From the NCBI GenBank assembly GCA_965649825.1, contig OZ287699.1, positions 1,022,477 to 1,086,476 on the forward strand: a stretch of 64,000 nucleotides of DNA, read 5' to 3'. Below, piece by piece: positions 1 to 11,631 of the stretch (positions are counted from its first letter, which is position 1; each line of letters starts with the position of its first letter). The translations under genes were made by a program, and so were the position numbers. Below the pieces are notes generated by a model that was given only the letters and a program-made list of their open reading frames with translations, did not search any database and had not been told where the DNA came from. Source of the stretch: Penicillus capitatus. Its lineage: Eukaryota; Plantae; Chlorophyta.

Positions 1-157
1 GAGGAGGATACCGCCGTGGCCGAGGAGGAGGATACCGCCGTGGCCGAGGAGGAGGATACCGCCGTGGCCGAGGAGGAGGATACCGCCGTGGCCGAGGAGG
101 AGGATACCGCCGTGGCCGAGGAGGAGGATACCGCCGTGGCCGAGGAGGAGGATACCG
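1..157 (+). repeat. Perfect 24-bp coding tandem repeat (GAGGAGGAGGATACCGCCGTGGCC, encoding EEEDTAVA), 5 full plus partial copies, running off the window start
   Basis: Units at 22-45, 46-69, 70-93, 94-117 and 118-141 are identical by direct reading. Confidence 0.97.
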
Positions 158-2441
158 TTGTTCCCGAGGAGCCTACAGTATCAACAGCCATCTCCGATGT
201 AGAGAAGGAGGAGGAAGAAGAGACCGAATCGGCCGAGCAAGCCGCCATCTCCGAGTCATTGCCCGGTATCAGCGACGAAGAGGAGCCAGTTATCGAAACT
301 CCCTCTCCATCGGAGGATGCAATCCCATCTGTCTCGCCGATCGAATCGCCGCCGACAGAGTCCACGACAGACTCGTCGCAGGAAGCACCACCCTCGGAAC
401 CAGAAACGACGTCGAAGCAGGAACCCGTCGTCGATCCCGAGGACGTCGAAGCCGCAGAGCCGTCTTCGCCAGGACAGTCGCCCGTGCACCCGGAAGAAGA
501 GGATCAAGTCCAGGAGGAAGAGGAGGATCAAGCAGCCGGCTCCTCGGCGACCGGTGAGGATCCTGTCGAATCGTCGACGGGCGCGACGGAGGAGGCCCCC
601 GTGGCAGCGAAGGCAGCAGAACCTCAGGCGCCGACAACCTTCTATCCATCGGCCCTGGGATCTCGGCAACAGGTCTCCACGTTGGCCGCCCTGAAGGAGA
701 TCTTGGGCAGCGCCTTCGCCAATGCGACCAACGTCAAGACGGACGTCGAGACGGAGGAAGGAAGAGTGGCCATCCTGATCGAGGAGGGTGGCGATCTGCA
801 GCTGGAGGGACTGGCGATCGGACCCATGGAGGGCGTGGACGTCCTCGTGAAGGTCGCCGCCGGCGGAGAGCTGAGACTCGACGACGTCTCCATTCGCGAT
901 CGTCCGCAGCGTCGACTCAGGAAGGCCCTGAACGGCCGGGCCTCGATCAAGACGGGTCTGCTCGTCGACGGCGGCTCCGTCGTTTCCATCCGCGACTCCA
1001 CCTTCGAATCGGCCACCGACACGATGATCAGGGTCGCCGGAGGATCCCATCTCTCCTGCTCGGGATGCGTCTTCAGCAACAACGCCGGAGACAGAGGGGG
1101 AGCGCTGCTCGTCCGGGATTCGACCCTGCACCTCCGATCGTGCAGGATGACGGAGAACTCTGCGAACACGGGAGGCGCCGTCCACTTCGACGCAAGCGGC
1201 AGCGCTGCGGACTTCGATGCCTCAGTGCTGATCGAGGACACTCTGTTCTCCAGAAACGAGGCCCGCGGAAGAGGTGCCGGCGTCTACACGAGTTCCGCGC
1301 GGGCGATCCACATCGTAGACAGCAGGTTCCAACACGGCTCTGCGTCAGACGGCGGCGCCGTTTACATTCAGGATGTACGCATTGCTCAGATCGACCGTTC
1401 CGATTTCATCGACAACAAGGCCGATGGGTCGGGAGGTGGTCTCGTTGCCAAGTCGACTGAGACGCTGTCCGTTCTCAAATCCACTTTCAAGAACAACGAA
1501 GCGTTAGGTTCATTTGCTGGTGCTGGGTTCATGAGCAACTGCAGCGATGCAACATTCAGGTCCACCAATTTCGTTGATAATTATGCTGTGGAAGGAGGCG
1601 CATTGGCAAATATTGCTTACTCCACGCATCTAAGTAAATTCTATCTCCAAAACACTCAGTTCATGAACAACAAGGCCGACAATCTCGGCGGCGCATTACT
1701 TATACGTGGAGACACGAAATCTGAGGCATCTCACGAGGACGAGCGATCGCAGTCTGAATCTTTTTTGGCATCCATCAACTTAACCAGTTTTTCTGGAAAC
1801 TCTGCTAGGAAGGGCGGTGGAGTCTTTATCTCCTCCGACGTTTCGATAGATTTTGACGTGAAAATTGCCATGCAGCGTAGCAACTTTACGCAGAATAAAG
1901 CATCTGAAACAGGCGGGGGTATATACTGCGGAAATCATTCCAGAGTAGTGCTGTCCTTCTCAAAATTTGAACACAACAAGGCCTACAAAGGCATCAACTG
2001 TGCCGAGCATTGTGGATGTCAAGTAAATGCCTCTTACACTGTCTGCTTAAATCAACTCACTCTTTTGTTTAGGTAACTCTGACGAATTCACTGTCCCATT
2101 TGTCTGGAAACGAAGAACGCAGTCGCTTGATTCAAGACACGTGCATATCAGACGGAGCGGAATCGCCTCGTTCTTCCGGAAAGAAATCATCCTATCTTAT
2201 AGTCTATGTCTGTCTGAGTTTGGGTGTCGTCTTCGTTTTCTCAGTCATAGCTGCCGTGATCGTTGTTGTCAAGAAGCGTAGAATGCCGGAAAGAGAAAGT
2301 AGCGTTTCTCATGATGAAGAGCAAAGTTTATTGTCACCTGACAATATGATTGACGAAACGCACTCACCTGACAATATGATTGACGAAACGGACTTCTGCA
2401 CAATGAACGCAGGAGATGAGGAAGACACATCGTTTATCTGA
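1..2441 (+). CDS. Type I membrane surface protein with acidic low-complexity stalk, Pmp/POMP-like right-handed beta-helix repeats and C-terminal TM helix (5'-truncated by window edge); paralog A
   Basis: Frame +1 open from base 1. About 10 FxxN...GGA(L/V/I) repeats (e.g. FSNNAGDRGGALLV, FMNNKADNLGGALLI). GT-AG intron 2023-2072 (50 bp) joins in frame to exon 2073-2441, which encodes TM YLIVYVCLSLGVVFVFSVIAAVIVVV followed by KKRR; stop is TGA. Confidence 0.8.
2334..2390 (+). repeat. 30-bp tandem duplication in the cytoplasmic tail of paralog A (SPDNMIDET x2)
   Basis: TCACCTGACAATATGATTGACGAAACG occurs at 2334-2360 and 2364-2390. Confidence 0.95.
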
Positions 2442-4040
2442 AGAATCCAATAGTTCCCTCGTTTCAGTTCCTACTCCAATTCATCTTTTTACAAATTTAT
2501 CTAACTCTTATTCTTCTTATTCTTGTTTGGTGCAGCGTCATAAGCATCCGATTCAGAAGTATGTGGTATACGTCCTCCCTTTCAGCTACGGCAAGTCTAA
2601 ATCTGCGTTGATCGAGATGCAAACTTGAGGGGAGAGAAGAACGTGCGAGTTTTCCAAGTCAGCCTCGATGATCACGATTTCTTCAGCAAGTGTAGATGGG
2701 AATAAATGGATAACTCTCACGCATTTTCAAGAATGGTCAAAAAAGAAGATCGACACATATGTTTACGAGATTACAAGTGTTAGGCACGAAGATCACGATT
2801 CTTGAAAAGCTGTTCTGTGTATTCTGATAACTCGTTTGTCTATGTTTATTGCCTCGCACCTTTGTTGCTATTCGCAGTATGCACTGTGCTTGCATTACAC
2901 TCCAAAAGTAACTCAGATAGTTAGTGCACTGTAGAATATGTCATGTAACGTTGCTGTTCTATGAATGACAATCAATGACCCATGGGACTAAGGTCCAATT
3001 ATCTTTGTTTTCGCCGACATACTGAAAAACACCCGACAAGTATTCGTTAAGAGTAGTATGACAGGGGGACTGATTGTTTTGAACGATAACAAACGGGGGT
3101 GCAAGCTTTGAAAGGTTTTTCCACTTCAAGCAATAAGCAAACAACTACATAACAACTCTATTCTTGGTCAGACACAGACGGCATCTGTTAGTCGAGTTCC
3201 TCCTCTGCGATGATTTTCGATACTGATTACAGATCTTCTCACCCTGTAGAAGCTATGGATGTACTCTGTCGTAGTTTGATGCCGCACTCTGCCAAAAAGT
3301 CCTGAGATTCGCAATGGAAACAAACAAGCCTTGAAAGTCTACAGTTTCATCAGAGTTGCCCTCATTCTCTGAATCGTATAAGAATCGTACAATCCTGTGT
3401 TCGACACTCCTTGATTGTATTCTGTTGAAATCTTAATGAATGTTCGAAGACGAATTGCCTGCTTAGTCGAATTGTCGCAATGCGCCATGCGCGCTCGCCG
3501 CCATGACAAGTCATCCATCACTCTATACGTCAAAACTGTGGCACGGGTATAACTCAGTATTCCAGTATTCAACACCGCCACCTATTCGAGATAGGAGATA
3601 GGAATGCAGATTGATGGATGGACAGTGGAGAGTGATCAATCGACCATTGTCCACTATGAGGTGTGAAACAACAGTACTGTAAGAACGATAAAATGAAACA
3701 GCTAAGGTCCGTTTATCTGACAAAATGTCGATGTGACAGACAGTGAAGAAGTCTGTCATATAACCACAGAGCGACAGCGGGAGCAGGCAAGCTAAGTCTG
3801 ACCCATTGATGCTAAAACCGCGAGTCACAGTTCGTCCCTCAGTTCGAAGACTAGAAAATTAGCGCACAACAAATTCAGATATCGAACACCAACAAACTAG
3901 CAGAATTTCAGCTTGGCACGGAGAAGTTTCCAAAAAGATGGCAGCCATCTTTTTGGTTTCAATGCTTTACGAAGTTGCAAGCGGTTATCGTTCTGAAATA
4001 CGGCAAAAGAAATCGCGTTCTCCGAAGAATGGTCTCGAGA

Positions 4041-4203
4041 GTCGCCACGGGTGTGCGGCGGACGGCGGACAAAGTCGTCGGAAGAGTCGTCACGGGTGCG
4101 CGGTGGACGGCGGACAAAGTCGTCGGAAGAGTCGTCACGGGTGCGCGGTGGACGGCCGACAAAGTCGTCAAGGAGTGGTCGGAAGAGTCGTCACGGGTGC
4201 GCA
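4041..4203. repeat. GC-rich 45-bp minisatellite, about 3.3 copies
   Basis: Unit GTCGTCACGGGTGCGCGGTGGACGGCGGACAAAGTCGTCGGAAGA starts at 4041, 4086 and 4131, with a partial fourth copy after a short insertion. Confidence 0.9.
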
Positions 4204-4229
4204 TAAGTTGGCGACGGCGTCTTCTCGAC

Positions 4230-4470
4230 TGTGGGGATCGACCCGAATGCGGATGGTGCAGTTGGACCAGTTCGAGAAGTACGACCGCGGGGGTTCGATT
4301 CCTGCGCCGGACACAGAGGAGGGACGTCCCATCAGAGTTGACCCGGTTGTGTCTGGCGAGCCCGCGCCGAGTTGGATGGGTTACGGCGGGGAAAGGACAA
4401 CGTCGCGCTAAGTTCGGGGGCCGACGATAGGGTCACCACCCGGACAAAAACTTTTGTCCCCTTCACTTTT
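4230..4470 (+). mobile_element. tRNA-derived SINE-like element or Pol III ncRNA, copy A
   Basis: A-box TGGTGCAGTTGG (~4254-4265) and B-box GGTTCGATTCC (~4292-4302) at tRNA-like spacing. 3' hairpin GGACAAAA-AC-TTTTGTCC followed by T-runs. Homologous to the reverse complement of 48335-48574 (24 mismatches in 156 aligned nt, counted by hand). Confidence 0.65.
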
Positions 4471-7400
4471 AACTTCTCTAGCTGACGAAAGTGCAGTTTT
4501 TTCGTCCAAACCACAATTCTGAACGATCCGTTTTTCGATCACACTCCGAATGCTCTGTCTATTGCGTCGTCCGAAGAACCAAGTCTACCGGTCTGTGCAC
4601 GACTGCGCGCTCGGGTGCGTCAAACAAAGAACGCTTCGCGCGCGATGTGCGATGCATTTCCTGCTCGTCGAAGTGTACCGGCGAATAGCGGGTCTACTTT
4701 TCAACTTAGAGTTTCGCTGGCTGACGTGGACGGTGCCGTCGCTTTGCTTTGGAGGGAGACAGCGAATGTGACGGATTCTTCAAGGCGACGAAATCCGGAT
4801 TTGATAACCACTGGGACTGTTACCAAAGACGGCGTCCATTTCTGCGAAGAATGACCCTAAGAGTTGTCACGGCTGTGCGGTATTGCCGGCGGCTTTTTTG
4901 AGCAGGGTGGCCGCGAGAAACGACAGTCGCGATGACTGTCGCCCATACCAATGCAACTCGAAAACGAAACATGGGGTCGACACGGAAACGGTCACTCGAA
5001 AAATTGATCTTTAAAACAGACAATCATCCACACAAAAATGGAGATCTTATAGCTGTCCAAGGGATCTGGCTGTCATATCGTGACCGCCTAGATTTCTGAG
5101 GGTTCTGTCTCCGAAGGGGCGCTTACACGACATGTCATGTCACCTGTGGCATATAAGGACATGACCGTGGACACATGTGGACCTTTATCTCTGTAAGCGT
5201 GAAAGTTTTCTTTTGACAATAGCGTCGATCTCTAATTGTCTCATGTTGCCCATTTCAGTGGCACAAACTGCTGGGGTGATGGCTGGGTTGTTTAGTCGAG
5301 CACCTTCTGCTGCTGGCCAACGGCCAACGACGAAATTGAGGCGAGAAAGGAACAGCAAACTTGGACTTTGAAGCAAGATCAGAGAAGAGAAATTCTTTGA
5401 TATAAGGGATAGATCTTTACGCATGCTACGGGGGGAGTCAGCCGAGCATCAAGACAGTCGGCATTAAATTCCCCTCTAAACAACCTGCTTTCTTGTCAGT
5501 CTAGTTTGAACAATGTTCTCAGGCTTTTCTTACAGATATCCGCCCCAGGTTTCTTGGGTGTTGTTATTCCCTAGACGGATATTTCAAGGGATGATTCAAA
5601 CGCCATATAGGCAAATGAGGGATCATATACGTTCGAAGCTTCTCGAAGAACTCGGAAAGATGAAGAACCATTGAAAGATCGGATGCTTGTGTTTTTCTGT
5701 GACAAGCCGCGTTGACGAGTCAGGTAGGTATTTGTGAGTAGAGAATGACGTTGCCTGACAAAGGGATGTCTCACTTATCCACAGGTATTTAGATGATGAA
5801 ATGGTATTGCTGTTATTGCTCACAAAAGGGAATTCCTGTCCGTTTACGCCCCTCGTTAAATACCTCTTGATCAGGAAGGCGCTAATACGCAATTGATCGC
5901 GATTACTGTAAATGTTGTGACTAGTCATCGCCGTTAATATCGTCCACAAGAGCTCACAGTGGCACTCGCGCTTGCGTCGGACAAACTAGCGAATGTAATG
6001 CAAAATCTTAAATCAGAATAATCCTCGACAGTGAAGCACCAAACCTCTTAATTGTAATACGCATCGATTCTCATTTGCCGACAGATAGGCTAATTTATAC
6101 TCCAAACAGAAACAAAGCCGACGCCCGTGCACAATGAAGTTTCTTTAGGAAACAAAGGAGCTTGAGATAGCGGCAAGATTCCGAAGGAAAGACATTGGAC
6201 GATATGGGTAACGACTTCCGCTATGTTACAGTCTATCGTTAAGAATGCGAAATCTTCCTCCTAAGCTTGGGATCGATGTAAAGGGAATTTCCATCTAATA
6301 TAGTAATGTTGTGCCCAGCTTAACCTAACATACCAGGCATCGCCTGTGGAAACGGATTTTTTTATTGAAAACACCAATCTCTGCAAAGGACAAAACGAAC
6401 AGCAAAGCGCTTATTTAACCGAAGAAGTAATAATACCGGAATTAGCAGAGAAAAGCTGGCGTGGGGATCGATACCTTTATCACGTCGAAGCAAAATTTCA
6501 TTCGCATTTTAATGGACCTCAGCGCTATGGATAGGTAGTTGCAAGAACAACTATCTGTCCCAAGCCATTGAGATAAAGGCGGGACTACAAGTAAGGATGT
6601 TAGTGTGAAACTACGGAAGGCTTAATGGAGCAATCGAACCAATTCTTAGGAAGCTATGATTGATGCCTGTGAGGTTAAGTGAGGAAGAAAAACCATGTCG
6701 GACTTGTTGAACATAGCAGTCAAAATGTCATTTTAGGAACAACGATAAAAGAGTTCTCAGATTAAGTTTTATCAGGTAAAGATTGATCTGAAACGATAGA
6801 AGAAGCAAAATCTTTGGCCATCACATGGTCTTAAAAACAATCAACTTTCGTGATCTCGACCGGTGCAATGTTTAGGGAATTTTAGCAAAAATATCCACAC
6901 AAAGATCTTTCGTGAATTATGACAACCGACACCCAAAAAGATAGAGACACGATGTCATTGGGGGACGTTATTTATTAGGCCTTGATCTAGTAGAGCTGTC
7001 TGTTATTCTGCTATGTAAATTTACGGGATAACGGGTTTTGGAACATGCTGGTCACTTGTGGATATGTCAATGTGAAAACAGATCATATGCACTTGAACCT
7101 AAAAGAGAAAATATTTAGGCACGATTGAAGAATTTACAGCTTAAAACGGACTAGCAAACTCTCTCCAAAGAACGAAATGCAAGACCAACAGTAATTTTCG
7201 AGAAAGAGAAAGACAGCAAGCAGACTGCATTTATTGAATGACCGACCACAAGATGCTAAATGGGTTTATTGTTATTTGGAACACAACGTTCGTGGGATTG
7301 TATTTACAGGTAGCATCTCAATGAAGCAAGCATTCAAACGTGCACGAGATTGGGTTTATTTATACCCTTTGTTTACGTTATTGCGAGAGATAGAAAGCGA

Positions 7401-8302
7401 CAGTATTAGAAATAAAAACGGAAGTACGTGCTATCTGGAAGAGCAAACAAACCCACTCGGAAAACACATGATGTCTTTCTTGTCACAGACTTTGGCGAAG
7501 ATATAAAACACCGCGTATAAGAAGATCGTTGCGATGCTCCCTGAGCCTTCTATTCGTTCTGAGACAGCGACGCCAATGCAACAAACCCTGTTGAAGCTTC
7601 GTAGATCATGTATCTTCTACTTTTAAAGCACCGACAAACAGTAAGCCACCGAGTTGCCTCTTCAATGGCGAAATCGAAGCAAGATCTGTCGACAGCTTTG
7701 TACGAGTTGCCAAATTCTATTGTCGACGTTCTTAATGATACGGAGACTGACCAGTTGACTCGACTACTAGGCGAACATGTTCCGACCTGATGCTCAGAAT
7801 GCGCCCACTACATTGAAAACCTGCCCGTTATCCCATAACAATGTCAATTCAGTTATCACACTCCCCACTCCCCGCGTAGAACCATGCAGGTTTTGCAATT
7901 AGCAGTAGTGAAAAAAGGATTCAAAGTCTACATCTGACCACAAACTGTCAAAGCCCAAGGATCGGAATGCAGAGGATACGTGTTTCTGCATTCTGCATTC
8001 CTCTTTACGCGGTCTTTTTTATCGCTAGAATCATGTTTTGTTTGCCTTTTGCCCAAGTGCTAACTAATATGTACGCGCCCGAATCGTCGTTTAAAGCCCA
8101 TCATCGCTAGTGGGATGTAACGGCCAGTTAATAAGTGAGTATGCGGCACCTGGAATAGTTTGCGCGATACCAGTTGGAAGTAGTTGATTATACGCGTTCA
8201 CGGTTATATAGTTCGCGAAAACTTCCGTTACAAGTATCCGTGCCATCCATAATAGCATTGCAAAATCAAGACCGTCTATTCTACATTAACTCCGTTGCTT
8301 TG

Positions 8303-10422
8303 ATGGCTGAGCACACAGATGCTGCGCGTTACCTGGAAGAGATACAGGCCGCTTTGGCGGATATAAAACAGCAGCGGCTTTCTGACGATGACCGCAGACT
8401 CTTGACGGATGTGCTCTTATCCAATGCTCTGAAGGAACTTGGCCGAGATCCTATTGTCACCCTATGCGATCCTGAAAGCTCACGAGTGTTCGAATCCTTA
8501 CTGGGTGATACCAGCTGTGATGCAAGGTTATCTTTTTTGGAAGAATCCAGTAAACAGCTCTACGAGATCTGCAGCAAGTTCTATTTCGACTCCCCATTCA
8601 GCAACTTGATTGATCACTTTGTTCATTTGTTGAAGTCCTTTTGGATCTCATGTTTGCGAACACCTTCTGACATCTATTTCCGATAGCTGCCACACAGTAG
8701 ACACTCAAAAGGTGGAGCAAAGGGCGGGAGATTAAGTATAGTGATGTCATGTCGCGCAGGTATTGAATGTTATGTGCAGTACTCTCTGCGATTCGTTGTC
8801 GCATTTTGTCTCTGACAAGTTCGCCACACATATTGTCCGGTGCATTGTTTCTTTGCTTGGTGGTGTCAATACCGCAGATGTCATCAAAAGGATGAAGGTC
8901 AATCAAGTACCCCTTAAAACACAGTTTGGTCACGATATTTTTGGCAGTCGGGGATATCTAACGTCGATATGAAAGCACTTCTGCAACAAGGGGCGAAACC
9001 GTATCCGTTAAGAAACCTGGTCGATCAACTAGCAGACTCTTTTCTAAAGATGCTGCAAAGTGAACCAGAGATTTCAATGCGAGTCATCTGCAGTCCTATT
9101 TCAAGCCCTACCCTCCAGATTGTTATGATTACCCTGGCTATACGCAACAGGTAATTTATTGGTTTCTTTCAGGCAGCAACGAAGGCTGGCCTTTAGACCA
9201 AAGCTGAAGATCCTGCTTCGCACTTTGTTGTGCAAAAACAATGGAACTTCTGAATTAGATAACGACAGAGTGCTGCGATGTATGAAAGGCAAATGTTCGA
9301 GCCATTTTATGGAAGTCCTTCTAAGGATTGCTCCCAAAGTGCAGTCGGCCTGCTTATGTCTTCTACTATCGATGCTTGCAGTCTATCGTGAGGAACGTCG
9401 TGAAGACATGTCTAATGGACAGTATCTCGTCCCTTTGTGCACATCCCTATGCAAACTTTCCACTCCAGACAGTCATTAATGCGACGACTTCGACAGCACA
9501 GGTGCGTAATGATGCTTATAGGCAATGCCTGGCCGTGAGTCTATTGACGGATGATGACAGGTTGCTCGGTTTTCCGATGTACTGGGACCGCACTTTGGAG
9601 AGATCATCTCCAAGAACTGCACCGGTGTCATTCTAGCTTTAATGAAGAAGACACTGGAAGTCAAAGGGAATCAGACAGGAATCTGCTCGTGTCTTATAGA
9701 GGCGTTAAAAAGCCTGAAACGCGATAAAAGATATGGACTGTGTGAGATACTTCTGTGCTATGGGACACAGGCCGAACTCGGTGAAAATTTTCAAAAGTTG
9801 TCCCACGCAGGCTGCATGCTTCTCGAAACTGTGTTGCATTGCTCACCGGTATACATACAGTCTTAGATGGTCCTTTGCCCTTGTGAGCTTTTGGTTGTTT
9901 CTGTAGGAATGCATTGAACCATTTCTTCGTAATCTTAAAAGCTTAAGTGAAAAGTGTGTGCATCATGTGGCCAGCGACAGTTGCGGCAGTCGCGTTTTGG
10001 AGCAGCTGTTGAGAAATGAAGATATCCGTGCACCGTTCAAAAAAGCTGTCTTGGATAAGCTCAAAGGACAGTGGACACAGATGGCCATGTCCTCATCGGG
10101 GTCGCACCTTTTGGAAGCATGCTTCGATTTTGCTGTAAGTCATCTCATCTTTCTGCCGTCCATTATTTAGAGATGGTTGTAGAAGTCGCAAACCAAGGCA
10201 GAGATTCTTCAAAATCTGCAGAACAATCGACAAGAGATCTGCAAAACAACTTGGGGAGCAGCCGCTCTTAGACATTGCGAGAATGGCCAGTTAAAACTGC
10301 CCAAAAACACTTCCCCTTCCAAAAGGAGTGATCGTGCTCGTACAACATCCGCGGAGAAAAAAAGCAAGAGGCACAAAACAATTGAGACAATGGGTTTCGT
10401 TACACCATCTTACAGAGCATAG
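8303..10422 (+). CDS. NOP9: Nucleolar protein 9 / APUM23-like Pumilio-repeat protein (multi-exon)
   Basis: Exon peptides YLEEI...NALKELGRDP...DPESSRVFESLL, DKFATHIVRCIVSLLGG, SSHFMEVLL, NFPLQTVI, SDSCGSRVLEQLL and GSHLLEACF match the PUF-repeat pattern of Nop9. The last intron 10135-10182 restores frame to TAG at 10420-10422. Confidence 0.8.
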
Positions 10423-10496
10423 GACAGGTTATAAAAAGCATCACGGAAACCGATCACCCTTACATCCTGACAGTTTCGAAATCTGAAAAGGCTGTT

Positions 10497-11093
10497 CTAG
10501 GCTTCAATGACCTCCGGGGTTTTGTATTCTGTCATTTTCTTCTTCTGCTTTACATCCTTGATGGCCGCCTTTATGGCGTCCTCTGCCAGCATGGAGCAGT
10601 GAAGCTTGACAGGAGGCAACTTCAAATGTGCAGCAATGTCACTGTTTCGAATCTCTGCACATGGTAATGGTCCATCATGAAGTAAGTTATCTCAGCATCA
10701 CCATACCTGCAGCTTTATCAACAGCCTGTCCTTTGACCCACTCAGTAGCGACGCTGCTCGAAGCGATGGCGCTGGCACATCCAAATGTCTTGAAGCAGGA
10801 GTCGACAATCTTCCCATCATCGTTCACTTTGATCTGGAGTTTCATAACATCGCCACATGCAGGTGCTCCAACGAGACCTAAAAACATGACGCTCGCAAAA
10901 GATAAAAGCACGGCATCTGACCTGTTCCAACGTTGGGGTCCGACTTGTCGAATGACCCGACGTTTCTCGGATTGTCATAGTGGTCGACGACGTTCTTATG
11001 ATAAAAGCGAGAAAACAAAACGGGCACACTGACGCGCTCGCTGTAAAACAAGCGAAGTGCTTCTCGGCCGAACGTCCGACTATGCATCGCCAT
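10497..11093 (-). CDS. ISCU: Mitochondrial Fe-S scaffold protein IscU/Isu1
   Basis: YHKNVVDHYDNPRNVGSFDK, GLVGAPACGDVMKLQI, FKTFGCASAIASSS and LPPVKLHCSMLAEDAI are present with all three Cys. N-terminal presequence-like segment; TAG at 10497-10499. Confidence 0.95.
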
Positions 11094-11631
11094 GTTCTCA
11101 AGTGCTCGTGTCTCCTTGTTTGAGAATTTAAGCAAAGTCTACGTCGCACCAGAAATGCAAAAATCTATTGCATTTATGCTTGGCAGTATGGTTGGAGCTT
11201 TGAGATCATGCACGAATAAACAACAAACGGTCTGACGTCAGCATGCCTCCTATGCGAATGTCTAGCTGATACTGATCGCACCGTTCATATCATGTGCGCG
11301 GGCGGCTGAAAAAGCACGACAGGAGGTAAACGTTCCGTGAACCTACGCGGGAAACGGTTTAAAAGGCCAGTTCTCAGCAAGAGCTTACGCGCTTGCAAAA
11401 TCGCACCGACGTTGAAAAGGAAACGAACCGCGAAGAAAGGTGAAAACTGAGACGCCACGCACACATCCAGAGTGTTGACTATTTTGATGTTCAGACAACG
11501 AAGTCAATTGCCGCTTCAAAGTGGTTGCTTCAGATTTCAGTAAGAGGAAGGTGTCACGTGGTTACGATTTTCGCGTTCCTTGTTTTTTGTCTGTTTTATC
11601 TCAGTGAGTTTGTCTTAACGTCCCCGTTATA

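Noticed and set aside
1-157. CRISPR-like array
   Set aside because: Units are contiguous with no unique spacers and are in-frame coding sequence of a eukaryotic gene.
256-1460. Long antisense and alternative-frame ORFs (also 13141-14462)
   Set aside because: Shadow ORFs of a GC-rich coding cassette; no domain content; duplicated only because the sense gene is duplicated.
4243-4322. A true tRNA gene
   Set aside because: Acceptor stem does not pair, the anticodon loop lacks U33, and the homology continues for ~150 nt of non-tRNA body.
3938-4430. 157-aa and 151-aa ORFs with similarity to ORF 48346-48591
   Set aside because: They arise from the minisatellite and the repeat element. Substitutions between copies are mostly non-synonymous, and a stop in copy A faces CAA in copy B.
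4442-4481. Hairpin followed by CTAG, like a Helitron 3' end
   Set aside because: Spacing is long, copy B lacks CTAG, and no 5' TC terminus was identified. The tRNA-type head explains the element better.
4921-4941. Perfect 8-bp inverted repeat CGACAGTC-GCGAT-GACTGTCG
   Set aside because: Single short occurrence, expected occasionally by chance, with no associated feature.
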